Virus record (IMG/VR): IMGVR_UViG_2757320985_000001
Strand: one strand, 5' to 3'
DNA length: 64,000 nucleotides
Origin: a virus
Lineage: Duplodnaviria; Heunggongvirae; Uroviricota; Caudoviricetes; Demerecviridae
Shown here piece after piece: positions 1 through 9,804 of the stretch. Made by a program: the position numbers and the translations under genes. The first letter of the stretch is position 1. Each line of letters opens with the position of its first letter. The notes under the pieces were generated by a model. It searched no databases and had not been told where the DNA came from. It saw nothing but the letters and a program-made list of their open reading frames with translations.

Positions 1-79
1 GTATCCGGGTGGATCTCTTTATTCTATGTTATTTCATAGAGTTATTATAACATGCAGAAATCATAACGTCAAGTAGAGT

Positions 80-970
80 TTATTCATCGAACATGAGGTT
101 TCCTTTCATCCCCATCTCCGCATACTCCATGAGTTCTTTGATGGATTTCACAGGGTAATCTACTTTACTGAAGTTATCATAGATCTTACATGAACTCTCG
201 TACAACTCGTTAGGTATCTGCAATTTGTTATCAGTTAGCTTTTCATAACGTGGGGAAGATTTTGTACCTTCAAACAGAACTGCAATAACTGCGGCGATTT
301 GTTTGGTAAGATCATCTGCTCCTAGAATTATTCTATTAATAGCAATCGTTACTTCATGCTTAGGTTTCACAGGTGGAAGGATAGGCTTGAGATCCTTAGG
401 TAAAGGTTCTGTTCCTAGGAATCCTTCTTTTGTGCGGAACCAATAATTGTCTAGATCAGATATTGTCTTAGACTTATTCCATATAGTGAAGCAAGGTTTA
501 TTTCCCTCACGATCTCTGTATTCACGAACTGGAAGATAATGATCAGGGAATGAATTTAGTGCATCATGCATTGGTGAGCCTGTCTTTTTAAATGACAAAC
601 CGTACAACTCATTATAATTCATAACTTCATCTTCATAAACATGGAAGTCTTTATATGCTGGAAGATTAAACCATTCCTGAAGTGAATGAACTGCAAAACG
701 TTGTGCCCAAGCATGCATCACTAGAACTCTGTATTCTTTTACTTCATCTTTTGGAGAAGTACCTCTAACTGTCCTAGCTGACCGAATACAGAACATCTCA
801 ACAACACGTTTCTCGTTTAAAGAAAGCTCAGAGTAACAACGTTCATGGCAACCTTCTAGCATTTCTAGAAGTTCACGTAGTTTCTCTACATCGACCGGTG
901 GAAAAGGTCTCTCTTCCACCGCGAATTTACCAACTACACCTTTCGGCTTTCTATTACTATAAAATCCCAT
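80..970 (-). CDS. hypothetical protein, 296 aa
   Basis: Long ORF at the downstream end of a minus-strand unit. No family motif recognised. Confidence 0.5.
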   Translation of the reverse strand: MGFYSNRKPKGVVGKFAVEERPFPPVDVEKLRELLEMLEGCHERCYSELSLNEKRVVEMFCIRSARTVRGTSPKDEVKEYRVLVMHAWAQRFAVHSLQEWFNLPAYKDFHVYEDEVMNYNELYGLSFKKTGSPMHDALNSFPDHYLPVREYRDREGNKPCFTIWNKSKTISDLDNYWFRTKEGFLGTEPLPKDLKPILPPVKPKHEVTIAINRIILGADDLTKQIAAVIAVLFEGTKSSPRYEKLTDNKLQIPNELYESSCKIYDNFSKVDYPVKSIKELMEYAEMGMKGNLMFDE

Positions 971-1581
971 TAACGACCTCTAGCCTTATCTGCATCAATA
1001 GCTTCGAATACTTTCGTTAACATTTCTTCAAGCTCACCTTCTTTGCTAGGATTGCTCAAACGAATAGTATATGAGTTCCTAGAAACTCCGGAGTCTTCTT
1101 GTGCTCCGCGATCTTTTGCAAAGCCCATCATTGCAACGCCAGCTTTATTCCACTCGTCTACGCTAGATGCTTCCCCAAACTTATATGATTGCGTATTGCT
1201 TATCACGCCACCACAAGGAACATTGTGCATATCCGACATTAATCTTTTATCGGAATTATTCAGCATTGCGATTGGTCCCGACTGCCACGGATCTCGAATA
1301 GTCACTGGAGTACTCGGGCGGTTCACTTCAGTCTTCACGAGTTTGTATCCTGCATCGATCAGTGCATTAATCAGATTATCAGCCGGGATGCGAGCCGTGC
1401 CAAAGATCTTACGAGCATTCATGAGCTTAGCCTGAAACTCTTTGCAAGCCTGAAGATCAATGTGCAAAAACGACAGTTGCATAGATTTAAACTGTACTGT
1501 AGCAGTCAGATCTTTAAAGCTGTAATCCCATGTGTCGAGTTCATGATCTGCAACTACTTTAATGGTTTGTTGTGTAAACAT
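970..1581 (-). CDS. hypothetical protein, 203 aa
   Basis: ORF abuts the neighbouring genes. No motif recognised. Confidence 0.5.
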   Translation of the reverse strand: MFTQQTIKVVADHELDTWDYSFKDLTATVQFKSMQLSFLHIDLQACKEFQAKLMNARKIFGTARIPADNLINALIDAGYKLVKTEVNRPSTPVTIRDPWQSGPIAMLNNSDKRLMSDMHNVPCGGVISNTQSYKFGEASSVDEWNKAGVAMMGFAKDRGAQEDSGVSRNSYTIRLSNPSKEGELEEMLTKVFEAIDADKARGR

Positions 1582-1766
1582 TATCTATTCTCCAGTTTAT
1601 CTAACAGCTTACGAGCTGCGATATTATGTTGTTTAATTTCTCGGTTAAGAATCTGATTCTCACTATCTAATTCTAGATTCTTAACATTGAGGCGACTACA
1701 TACAATTATCAAGCCTAGAATAGTTAAGAGTGAGCCACCTAGTAGTACAAGAAGTAATGTTTCCAT
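1581..1766 (-). CDS. small membrane protein, 61 aa
   Basis: Hydrophobic N-terminal helix (LLLVLLGGSLLTILGLIIV) followed by a charged tail. Confidence 0.45.
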   Translation of the reverse strand: METLLLVLLGGSLLTILGLIIVCSRLNVKNLELDSENQILNREIKQHNIAARKLLDKLENR

Positions 1767-1999
1767 TATTTGATTCCCATGTAACGTTTAAGATATACGA
1801 TGAAGTCTTCCGGTGCATGCTCTAGGCTACCTTGAGCCACGAATAGCTTGAGAGATTCACGTTGTAGTTTAAGAGTCGCCACCTCGCCACGTAACTTTGT
1901 TAGATCCTCTGCTAATTCTCTGGCTCTACGCATAATAACGAAAGATACAAGTATTACTATGAATAACATAACTACTAAGACGCTTGCTACAATTTCCAT
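1766..1999 (-). CDS. small membrane/coiled-coil protein, 77 aa
   Basis: N-terminal TM segment (VLVVMLFIVILVSFVIM). Gene abuts its neighbour. Confidence 0.45.
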   Translation of the reverse strand: MEIVASVLVVMLFIVILVSFVIMRRARELAEDLTKLRGEVATLKLQRESLKLFVAQGSLEHAPEDFIVYLKRYMGIK

Positions 2000-2286
2000 T
2001 AGTTACTCCAAATTAACATCCAACTCTTATCAAAATTAGATGCTCTATTAATTAATTCTCCCATAGAAACGTTATTATCGTCTATGGCTTCTTGTACAAA
2101 CTCTTTACCGAAATCATCTAATAGGTATTCTGTACCATTTATAGTAATCTTGTAGAGAATTGGGACTAAAGGATGTTGATGATTAAGGGGATTCTCATTA
2201 ACAGTTATCTCATTCCTTCCCCACGTCGTCTTGAACAGTTTGTGGGATAGTAGAGCTAAGGGGTTTGACCAGACTACGTACTCCAT
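1999..2286 (-). CDS. hypothetical protein, 95 aa
   Basis: ORF sits in the operon frame pattern. Confidence 0.4.
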   Translation of the reverse strand: MEYVVWSNPLALLSHKLFKTTWGRNEITVNENPLNHQHPLVPILYKITINGTEYLLDDFGKEFVQEAIDDNNVSMGELINRASNFDKSWMLIWSN

Positions 2287-2752
2287 CTTTCTTTAACTCC
2301 TGTTTTAACTTTTGATCTTTATTATACCAAATTATGTGCTCACCGTCAACTACAAATTTGTGGAAAGGTGCTGGTACGGTATACACTCCATATTCTGTTA
2401 AGCGTGTTACAACTTTATGAGCACATAATCGGCAACCATGTCCTTCTAAGTGAGACCGTGCAGTTTGTAAGAAGTAACCATCGTGATCTGGGCAATAGAT
2501 CTCAACCTGCTGTTGCATAGTTCTATACTTAACTCTTTCATATCCAAAGAACTTACCATGTGCTTCTACAGCTCTCCTGATAAAGATTAGATTAAGTGCA
2601 TCTTGCTGGAAGTCTGGATGAAGTTGTTTGAGTTTAATTCTATTAATAGATCCATCTGATTTAGTGAATCTATTTATGGGAAACTGTAATGCTTCCTCAT
2701 AAAGTAATTCGTTTATTTTATCTCTCATAGTATACACGAAAGGCCAGAACAA
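2210..2752 (-). CDS. hypothetical protein with Cys/His cluster (CPDH...HLEGHGCRLCAH), possible Zn-binding or nuclease-like fold
   Basis: 180-aa ORF. C-x2-H ... H-x2-H-G-C-x2-C-x-H motif seen in the translation. Confidence 0.45.
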   Translation of the reverse strand: MFWPFVYTMRDKINELLYEEALQFPINRFTKSDGSINRIKLKQLHPDFQQDALNLIFIRRAVEAHGKFFGYERVKYRTMQQQVEIYCPDHDGYFLQTARSHLEGHGCRLCAHKVVTRLTEYGVYTVPAPFHKFVVDGEHIIWYNKDQKLKQELKKDGVRSLVKPLSSTIPQTVQDDVGKE

Positions 2753-2772
2753 TTAAGTCCTGGCCTCTAGGA

Positions 2773-3222
2773 TTAGTGAAGTTGCTTGCCGTTTAAGGCC
2801 ATATCAGCAGTTTCCAGAAGAGATTCAGTAATCTCACGAGAAACTAGATATTCATCAATTGAGTGGCGGCGTTTATAAGCGTAAGCATTAACAATCAGAT
2901 CTAGAGCACCGAGAACATCATGAACAGTTACTTCTTCATTATTGTCTAGCTCTTCTTGGGTAATCTCAATTAACTGGCCAACTGCCATTAAAAGCCCAAG
3001 AATATCTGCTGTTTCACCTGCCACCAGCGGATTAGCACATCCTACTGTAAGATCGAAAGCATGATTGACAATTGACTGTCCATCAACGCTTCCTTCCTCA
3101 ATCTGCTTCTCCAACTGCTTCATCTGCTCTAGCACTGGATTTTTCTTTTGTGTCATGGTAAAGATTTCCTGTATCAGTTGGAAGGAATGCCGATTGTGCC
3201 TTCGGCGGATGTTGTTTAGCAA
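2773..3222 (-). CDS. hypothetical protein (start uncertain; overlaps the 3098-3565 ORF)
   Basis: ORF track. Overlaps the upstream ORF by about 125 nt, so the true start is likely internal (MTQKKNPV... near 3156). Confidence 0.35.
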   Translation of the reverse strand: MLNNIRRRHNRHSFQLIQEIFTMTQKKNPVLEQMKQLEKQIEEGSVDGQSIVNHAFDLTVGCANPLVAGETADILGLLMAVGQLIEITQEELDNNEEVTVHDVLGALDLIVNAYAYKRRHSIDEYLVSREITESLLETADMALNGKQLH

Positions 3223-3565
3223 TCCAGTTGAGGATCAGTACACGGCTAGGGACGATATCGGTATTATACCAGAAGTCATGAACCCAATGTCGTGCATCTT
3301 CGAACTTACCGAACTTATATGCTTTCTTAAACAGTTCAAAACCAAAACAGTCAGGTGCAAAATCTACATCACGATAAGGAATTACCTTAGAACCAGTGAG
3401 ATCTTGAATCGCTGCGTTAATCTCTGTATGCGAGAACTTCGTTTCATGGAAAGTATTAAAGAAGCGGTAATTAAAACGTCCGTTCGTTTCGACAAACAAC
3501 TGGATGAATAAATCATTAAATTGGCCATCAAACCAGTAATTCTGTAATCTTTGCAGTGCTGTCAT
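3098..3565 (-). CDS. hypothetical protein, 155 aa
   Basis: ORF track. Aromatic-rich. Confidence 0.45.
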   Translation of the reverse strand: MTALQRLQNYWFDGQFNDLFIQLFVETNGRFNYRFFNTFHETKFSHTEINAAIQDLTGSKVIPYRDVDFAPDCFGFELFKKAYKFGKFEDARHWVHDFWYNTDIVPSRVLILNWIAKQHPPKAQSAFLPTDTGNLYHDTKEKSSARADEAVGEAD

Positions 3566-3762
3566 TTACGAACTCCATTTATTGCTGCGATAACGCCTTC
3601 ATACATGAAAGGAAGAACTTGTGAAATGTGGAAATCTTGGACTGTCCAACCAGCTTCTTGATACATAATGTTAATGATTGCACAACTTAACATAAAAGCT
3701 GGTAGAATTATAAAGTAATCCCACGTTGCTTTCTGCAAGTTAGGGTTATAAAAATTAATCAT
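3562..3762 (-). CDS. small membrane protein, 66 aa
   Basis: Hydrophobic core (YFIILPAFMLSCAIINIM). Confidence 0.4.
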   Translation of the reverse strand: MINFYNPNLQKATWDYFIILPAFMLSCAIINIMYQEAGWTVQDFHISQVLPFMYEGVIAAINGVRK

Positions 3763-3862
3763 CTATTTTTAAGTCTCCGTATTACTTTGGCCTGCTCAAC
3801 GATTATGAAAACGGCAACCACTAAACCGAAGACTAGGATTGCCGTAACAGTTGTTAAATCAA

Positions 3863-4195
3863 TCAAGGCAGACGCCAAACGTAATGGGCTGTCCAAAGTG
3901 TTTCTGGTTCATCGTCATGATGCATCACTAAGGACTCTGGAGAATAACTATTAGCTAGTTCTTTACGAACCATCTCACGTTCTTCACCAGTTTCAATATT
4001 TTTAACAATCACTTTCATATTAAGAGGAGTTAACTCAGAAAGCGGTCGCCATAAGTCTTCCAGATCTGTTTTAGTTTTATTCTGGATAGATTGAAGGATT
4101 TCTAGTGTCTGGGGGTCTACGTTAATAAACCCACGTTCAGTAACAAAACCTAGAAACTCGTCCAGCAGGGTTAATTCACTAAAATTAAGCTTCAT
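3863..4195 (-). CDS. hypothetical protein, 110 aa
   Basis: ORF track. Confidence 0.45.
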   Translation of the reverse strand: MKLNFSELTLLDEFLGFVTERGFINVDPQTLEILQSIQNKTKTDLEDLWRPLSELTPLNMKVIVKNIETGEEREMVRKELANSYSPESLVMHHDDEPETLWTAHYVWRLP

Positions 4196-4430
4196 CTTTC
4201 AGAATATCCTCGATCAGGTCAGAAGATTGCTGTAGTTCGTCTACAATGCGTTTTACGTCAGTTTTTGTCACTTTACCTGCCAACATCGTGAACAACATAG
4301 CAACAATGATGATAGGGACTGGCAGAACAAACAGTGCTACTTTACCAACGTTCTTTGGAGTCCAGGTGTGATACTTAGTAACCAGAATACCAACAATAAC
4401 CAGATAAAAAGCTAAGATAATTAACATCAT
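4185..4430 (-). CDS. membrane protein, 81 aa
   Basis: Two hydrophobic segments. Confidence 0.45.
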   Translation of the reverse strand: MMLIILAFYLVIVGILVTKYHTWTPKNVGKVALFVLPVPIIIVAMLFTMLAGKVTKTDVKRIVDELQQSSDLIEDILKDEA

Positions 4431-4708
4431 TTCTTAATCTCCGTGATTACCTGAGCGCGCAGGACTTTAATAGGAAGTTTAGTGTTACCAACAAGAGCTT
4501 CAATATTCTTTAGCTTTTCTTTGAGAAGATCTGAACGTCTTTGTGTGTCCTCGATATCTTTTTCAGCAGCTATATATTTTTCCCAGAGCGCATTATTGGT
4601 GGCCTTCATTGCTTCCATATTTTTATTAGCATTAAGAATGCCAATGATTCCACCAATTGCTGCTAAAGTAGTGAGAACCAGCAATCCAATTAAAATTTCT
4701 GTAATCAT
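4427..4708 (-). CDS. membrane-anchored coiled-coil protein, 93 aa
   Basis: N-terminal TM segment followed by a coiled coil. Confidence 0.45.
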   Translation of the reverse strand: MITEILIGLLVLTTLAAIGGIIGILNANKNMEAMKATNNALWEKYIAAEKDIEDTQRRSDLLKEKLKNIEALVGNTKLPIKVLRAQVITEIKK

Positions 4709-5112
4709 TTAAATACTCCATTAGCACACCACATCGAGGGTGGTACTTCTTCTACATTTCCATAAAATTTGATCTTAAATAAGACACTACCACTATTTTG
4801 GCAGAAAATCTTTCCTTCCTCTACCATAATTTTTGCTTGATTTGTGTCTCCAGATCTTAAAACATCTATTACTGTAACCCCTGTAAATCTGGAGAATTGC
4901 TCATCAGCATATTCACCTTGTTGACGGTGTCTCTGCTCCATTTCCATGGCTGCTTTCTTTGCCTCTTCCCATTTATCCTTATGTTGGGTTGGGGTTTCCT
5001 GAATTTCTACTTTATCACGCTGGTTAAGTATGAAGTCGCTAACACCGAGGGTGATAGCTAAGGAAACTAGGGCATTCAGCCCTAGTACAAGTAAGAATTT
5101 TCCGTTAGTCAT
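4705..5112 (-). CDS. signal-anchored hypothetical protein, 135 aa
   Basis: N-terminal hydrophobic segment (LLVLGLNALVSLAITLGV). Confidence 0.45.
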   Translation of the reverse strand: MTNGKFLLVLGLNALVSLAITLGVSDFILNQRDKVEIQETPTQHKDKWEEAKKAAMEMEQRHRQQGEYADEQFSRFTGVTVIDVLRSGDTNQAKIMVEEGKIFCQNSGSVLFKIKFYGNVEEVPPSMWCANGVFK

Positions 5113-5381
5113 TATTTCTTACCTTTCAGTTGCTTAACTTCACGCTCAAAAGATGCTGCACGACGTTCGGCAGTTGCCTGATGCTCTTTCGCAAAACGTG
5201 CTTCTTGTTTCGCAAGGTTGAATGCCATAGCATTCTTGTTCAGAGAATCATACATCTTTTTCATTGCCGGAATAGACATCTTCATGAGCTGACCTTCAAA
5301 ACCCTGCATATCGAGGAGAATTGCCAGAACGTTAGCCATTTCAGTTTTAGTCATGTTTTCCATTAGAATTTCCTCTCTCAT
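5112..5381 (-). CDS. hypothetical protein, 89 aa
   Basis: ORF with an upstream RBS. Confidence 0.45.
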   Translation of the reverse strand: MREEILMENMTKTEMANVLAILLDMQGFEGQLMKMSIPAMKKMYDSLNKNAMAFNLAKQEARFAKEHQATAERRAASFEREVKQLKGKK

Positions 5382-5441
5382 TAATTTATGAACTTATTAT
5401 ACAGAATTTTAAAGCTAGAAGCAACTGAATTTTTTATTTAC

Positions 5442-5873
5442 TTACCAATCGTTAACGAAACCTGAGAACTCAGAAGCAAATACTAGCTCAAATTTCTCAG
5501 CAATTTCAGGGTGATCCTTACAGATCAGTTCAATGCACTTCTCAGGTTCCATACCATCTTCTTCAGGATCACCGTAATACTTGTCCCAAAGATCATCAGG
5601 AATAACTTGCTCAGCTAGATCTTGGAAGTTCACTAACTGATAGCGTGGAGTATCCTCATTAATAAAGATCTCATGCAATTCCTCAGATACTTCTCCCTTA
5701 TAATCGGAAATTAGCAGAGCATTGCAAGCAAAACATTCCCACATCATCAAACGCTCAGAAATAGGGTTAGATTTGTCTTGAACATAGGACTGAAAGACTG
5801 CCTTAAAAGTAGCTTTAACTTGCTCAAACTTATCTGCTGTTGCGATTAAAAGTGCTTTATCAATCTTTTGCAT
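5442..5873 (-). CDS. hypothetical protein, 143 aa
   Basis: ORF directly downstream of a conserved early promoter cassette at about 5885-5945. Confidence 0.55.
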   Translation of the reverse strand: MQKIDKALLIATADKFEQVKATFKAVFQSYVQDKSNPISERLMMWECFACNALLISDYKGEVSEELHEIFINEDTPRYQLVNFQDLAEQVIPDDLWDKYYGDPEEDGMEPEKCIELICKDHPEIAEKFELVFASEFSGFVNDW

Positions 5874-5884
5874 TTTGATTCCTT

Positions 5885-5945
5885 CTCATCAATTTATAAA
5901 GTAATTATACAGAAAACTAAGCATTTTAGCAAATGAAGTTTTAAA
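5885..5945 (-). promoter_or_regulatory. early promoter cassette (-35 TTGCTT, 17 bp, TG-TATAAT, conserved leader + GAGAGG RBS)
   Basis: Member of the family repeated at least 27 times. Confidence 0.55.
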
Positions 5946-6034
5946 ATAAAAGGCCTAAGCCTAGGCCCGTAAAGAAAGAGATAAGAACTACTATACCTAT
6001 TGCTATAAATATCTCACGAGCCATGCCATCAAAA

Positions 6035-6625
6035 TCAAACATTGATATCTCCTCTCAATACCGCCGCCACATCTTCATCGATTTGGAGTATTTCACCAGT
6101 AGTGCAGTTAACCACTTTATCATAGCTTGTGAACTTGCCAGACACAATATCCTCTAGAGGAATAGGAGTCTTGCTCATCTCAAAAGAGACGTTGATATAA
6201 CGTGGGTCACGCACAGAATTGGTGTGCACATGTCCGTGAATGTTTAGCTTACCACGAAGTTCTGCTTCGTGCAATGGACAGTGTGACAGCCAAAACTTCT
6301 TGCCACCACCTGTTTGCTTACCTAGAGCCTGAATATCATCATAAACGTCTACAAGATCTTTAATACGCAGACCCTGACGTTCAGCATCGTGGTTGCCCAT
6401 GATTAATTGGTTAGGCACATTGTGGATAACCGACTTCAATTTAGCCAACCCTTCACGCCCCACGGCAATATCTCCTAGCAATACAAGTTTTGTACGCTTG
6501 CCAATGTGCTTGGACAAAGTATCTAGGATATATTCATCGTGCTCTTTCATGTTCTTAAACCACGGACGGAAGCGAAGAGTTCCAGGATGGTCTAGGTGCA
6601 AATCCGACCAGAATTTAACTTTCAT
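6035..6625 (-). CDS. calcineurin-like metallophosphoesterase
   Basis: D-x-H ... GDxxxR ... GNHD ... GHxH motifs (SDLHLDH, LGDIAVG, GNHD, HGHVH). Confidence 0.7.
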   Translation of the reverse strand: MKVKFWSDLHLDHPGTLRFRPWFKNMKEHDEYILDTLSKHIGKRTKLVLLGDIAVGREGLAKLKSVIHNVPNQLIMGNHDAERQGLRIKDLVDVYDDIQALGKQTGGGKKFWLSHCPLHEAELRGKLNIHGHVHTNSVRDPRYINVSFEMSKTPIPLEDIVSGKFTSYDKVVNCTTGEILQIDEDVAAVLRGDINV

Positions 6626-6831
6626 TACTTATTCCTTACACAAGTTGAGGTAATAGTATAACTATCGTAGAATATACCTTTTGTGAGTCCAATTTGGATG
6701 CTGGAATTATCCAGCTCACCTCCAGCTACGTCACACAAGTGTCTAGTATCTTCTGCGGTGAATCTCATACTATTATCATAAGGATCACATCCAGCTAGTA
6801 TTAGTACTGATACTAGTAGTAATCTCTTCAT
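6625..6831 (-). CDS. small lipoprotein, 68 aa
   Basis: Signal peptide with lipobox (LILAGC). Confidence 0.5.
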   Translation of the reverse strand: MKRLLLVSVLILAGCDPYDNSMRFTAEDTRHLCDVAGGELDNSSIQIGLTKGIFYDSYTITSTCVRNK

Positions 6832-7199
6832 TACAGAACTTCCTCCGCATATTTATTCCAACCCTGACAATAACTACTAATACCACGAAGTTTGAATATT
6901 TCATCATAAACCTCATGGTGCTCTTTCGCTTCTTGGTAGCCTTTGTCAACCTCTTCCTGTCGTGCTTGTTCAAATTCAACACGATTCTCTAGCATCTTCC
7001 AGACTTCTTCGTACTCTGGCCAATCATGCTCTACCACGACGGTTTTGAGATCTTCTTTACCACGTTGTGCTCGACTATACCATAGTTTGGACAAGATATG
7101 TTCCAAAGTGGTAAAGTTACTCTGAGTGATATGCCCTAATTCTAGGGCTTTCTCAATATCAGACAGCTTTATAACTACATAACGTTCTTCACGTTCCAT
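6831..7199 (-). CDS. hypothetical acidic protein, 122 aa
   Basis: ORF track. Confidence 0.45.
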   Translation of the reverse strand: MEREERYVVIKLSDIEKALELGHITQSNFTTLEHILSKLWYSRAQRGKEDLKTVVVEHDWPEYEEVWKMLENRVEFEQARQEEVDKGYQEAKEHHEVYDEIFKLRGISSYCQGWNKYAEEVL

Positions 7200-8077
7200 T
7201 ATAGAATCCTCTGTACACCACAGCTATCATCTTTGTCAGTGGTAAATGTCATAATCTTACCAGCTTCATCCTTAACTTGCGCAACCGTCAACTGCCCGTT
7301 GAAAACACCGCCAGTATCGAGATAAACACGGTTCTTGTACAGAATTGGGTAAGGAACACCAGTGTGACCATGGAATACGAAATCTACACTTTCAACTTCT
7401 GGCACTTCCACAGTCAGTTCATCTTTAAATCCTGCATAACGCTGGAAATAGGGGTGCTCTGCACCTTGCTTAGACAGATGAAAACCAATTTCCTGAATTA
7501 CATCACGATCCCATAGATATGGCTCAATGTAATAACTAGGATGATCATTAGGATCATTTTCACTTGCAGCGATATGATCAATAATATCGTCCCAATTAGG
7601 TGTATGTACATCGAATCCCGCATCTTTATATTGGAATGGTATTCCACCATGAACAACACCGTATTTCTTGCCACGATGGAGTACAGTCATGAATACTGGC
7701 ATTTTAACTGCCATATCTTCTGCGATACCTTTAATTGTATCGGTATCCAGATCATTCATTGCCCACATTCCACCATTATACATCCAGTTGGCATAGTCAC
7801 CAGCAATCATAAACTGATCATGGTTGCCACGAACGCTACGGAAGCGTGGGTTATATAAGAATTTGGCTAGAACCTGTAAGTTCTGCGGGCCACGGTCAAT
7901 TAGGTCGCCAACACAGACAACATAATCACGCTTCTCTTTATACCCTGCTAGTTTAAGAGCATCTTCCAGCATATCATTACAGCCATGAATATCTCCTACG
8001 AAGAACAGGTTAACATCATCTGGTACTACTAACATTTCATGCAGGTTAAATTCTTTTTTCATTATCGAGTCATCCAA
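7199..8077 (-). CDS. Ser/Thr protein phosphatase (PPP-family metallophosphatase)
   Basis: GDIHGC, GDLIDRG, GNHD and HGG motifs. A T5-type phage Ser/Thr phosphatase is known. Confidence 0.8.
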   Translation of the reverse strand: MDDSIMKKEFNLHEMLVVPDDVNLFFVGDIHGCNDMLEDALKLAGYKEKRDYVVCVGDLIDRGPQNLQVLAKFLYNPRFRSVRGNHDQFMIAGDYANWMYNGGMWAMNDLDTDTIKGIAEDMAVKMPVFMTVLHRGKKYGVVHGGIPFQYKDAGFDVHTPNWDDIIDHIAASENDPNDHPSYYIEPYLWDRDVIQEIGFHLSKQGAEHPYFQRYAGFKDELTVEVPEVESVDFVFHGHTGVPYPILYKNRVYLDTGGVFNGQLTVAQVKDEAGKIMTFTTDKDDSCGVQRIL

Positions 8078-8442
8078 TTAGTGTGTTTTTCAGCTTCTGT
8101 ATCGTTTGGCTCAAAGACAACGTGACAGTCTACTGCTTCCCAGAAAGATTGACGGATGATAGCATTTTGTTCTGCAATATCCAACTCTTCCCATTCTTCA
8201 AGTGTTTCTAGATCTGTATCAACTTCGGTATCACAGCCCACCAGCCCCAGAGTAACAACAATAGTAACACGGCCTTCACGTTCTTCGGGATAAGCCTCAG
8301 CATATTCCCAAGCAGCTTGCTCAACATAATATTCTTGCTCCTTTTCAGGCAGTGACCTATATTTTTCTTCTGTGATTCCCATTTCTACAGCACGAGTACC
8401 ACAGACCACGTTGTTATGTATTATAAGATATGCGTAATTCAA
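8062..8442 (-). CDS. hypothetical acidic protein, 126 aa
   Basis: ORF track. Promoter cassette lies upstream at about 8455-8510. Confidence 0.5.
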   Translation of the reverse strand: MNYAYLIIHNNVVCGTRAVEMGITEEKYRSLPEKEQEYYVEQAAWEYAEAYPEEREGRVTIVVTLGLVGCDTEVDTDLETLEEWEELDIAEQNAIIRQSFWEAVDCHVVFEPNDTEAEKHTNWMTR

Positions 8443-8504
8443 TGTGATACTCCTCTCATCAATTTATACATATATTATATCAAAATTTTTAGCAGAAAGC
8501 AAAT

Positions 8505-8535
8505 AATAAAAAAGCCTAGTCAGCTAAGACTAGGC
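8505..8535 (-). terminator. rho-independent terminator
   Basis: GCCTAGTC..GACTAGGC hairpin plus U-run on the minus strand. Confidence 0.55.
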
Positions 8536-8543
8536 TTTGGGTA

Positions 8544-8834
8544 TTAATCTTCTGGATTATCTTCCAGGAAGTTTTTGATTGCATCGTGCATAGTTTCCTT
8601 ACGAAGCTGACGACCAATCAGAATGTGGTTGGCTTCCACACGACCATTCGGGAGACGATCTGCTAGAACTACTACAGGAACCTGACGAACGCCAAATTTC
8701 TGCATAAGTTCTGTGTTATCAGTCTCTTTATGAACTTCTAGACTGTAGTCCTGTACTACTTTATCAAATACAGGCTCGAACATTTTGCACGGATTGCAGG
8801 TAGATCCCTTTAATAGATATACTAATTTACTCAT
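8544..8834 (-). CDS. thioredoxin-like protein
   Basis: C-N-P-C active-site motif in a 96-aa thioredoxin-sized protein. Lies next to nucleotide-metabolism genes. Confidence 0.65.
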   Translation of the reverse strand: MSKLVYLLKGSTCNPCKMFEPVFDKVVQDYSLEVHKETDNTELMQKFGVRQVPVVVLADRLPNGRVEANHILIGRQLRKETMHDAIKNFLEDNPED

Positions 8835-9237
8835 GTTTATTAATGGCCTCCAAAAATGCCTTCATCACTTTAACAGTTGCAGTGCTAAGATCTAAGGTAG
8901 CACCTAAGCACTCAGATACAGCAGCCTGATAAGGGGCTTTTAGCCTGCCTTCCGGTACTTGTACTTTCTTATAGGTTTTCTTTTTGACTTTATCCAGCAT
9001 CGTTTCAAGAACATTGAGAGGCAACTTCTGACCTTCAATATTCACGCCAAGCTCTTCCATTAGCATGGTATTTAAGTCAATACGAGTAAGTTTCTTGCCA
9101 TTGCTAGACATACGAATTCCCGCCTTTTTCTCAAGTTTTGCACGCTCTGGTGAATCGAGGTCACGTAATGCGATGTTCAATTCATACGGAGCCATATTGT
9201 AATGGTTAGCCATCTGAGTATAGTAACGATCTGACAT
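8827..9237 (-). CDS. hypothetical protein, 136 aa
   Basis: ORF downstream of the promoter cassette at about 9245-9300. Confidence 0.5.
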   Translation of the reverse strand: MSDRYYTQMANHYNMAPYELNIALRDLDSPERAKLEKKAGIRMSSNGKKLTRIDLNTMLMEELGVNIEGQKLPLNVLETMLDKVKKKTYKKVQVPEGRLKAPYQAAVSECLGATLDLSTATVKVMKAFLEAINKHE

Positions 9238-9312
9238 TTGTGAAACTCCTCTGATTCAATTTATACAAATATTATATAAAAATTTCAGCGGAAAGTCAAC
9301 TACTTTTTTATA

Positions 9313-9729
9313 TTAGTGTGCTTGATGTGGGAATCTCTTCCTAACTAAGTACATAGTTATTGGATATATTGAATACATAAGTATAGGGGAGAAAAGGGTG
9401 AAATAAGCCGTGACTCCCCCAGCTAACATCAGTGGTATCAATGCTAGAGTAAGGGCCATAAGAATCATACCGAATGAGACAGCCAGGGCTACTGTGATGC
9501 AGTTCTCTAACTCCATCCAAAGCCAACAATATTTCGTATTCCTCTGGCAGTTGCATTTGCAAACGCCGAATGTGCCCATAATTATATACTCTAGCCCATG
9601 AACGACTTTCTTTAATGTATCATTTTGGGTAACTAGTGCGACAACAGTGAGAATTATCATTAAGATGAAAACTACTAGGCTTATTTTCCATATTCCTAGT
9701 AATATCATGGTGAATAGTTCTGCAAACAT
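9313..9729 (-). CDS. multi-pass membrane protein (holin candidate)
   Basis: 3-4 hydrophobic helices. Lies immediately downstream of the endolysin. Confidence 0.45.
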   Translation of the reverse strand: MFAELFTMILLGIWKISLVVFILMIILTVVALVTQNDTLKKVVHGLEYIIMGTFGVCKCNCQRNTKYCWLWMELENCITVALAVSFGMILMALTLALIPLMLAGGVTAYFTLFSPILMYSIYPITMYLVRKRFPHQAH

Positions 9730-9804
9730 GGCTTTCTCCTATCATTAAGTTTTTAAAGCCCCCTTTGCTTTAAAAGGCGGGAATTACCCCGCCTTGATTT
9801 ATTA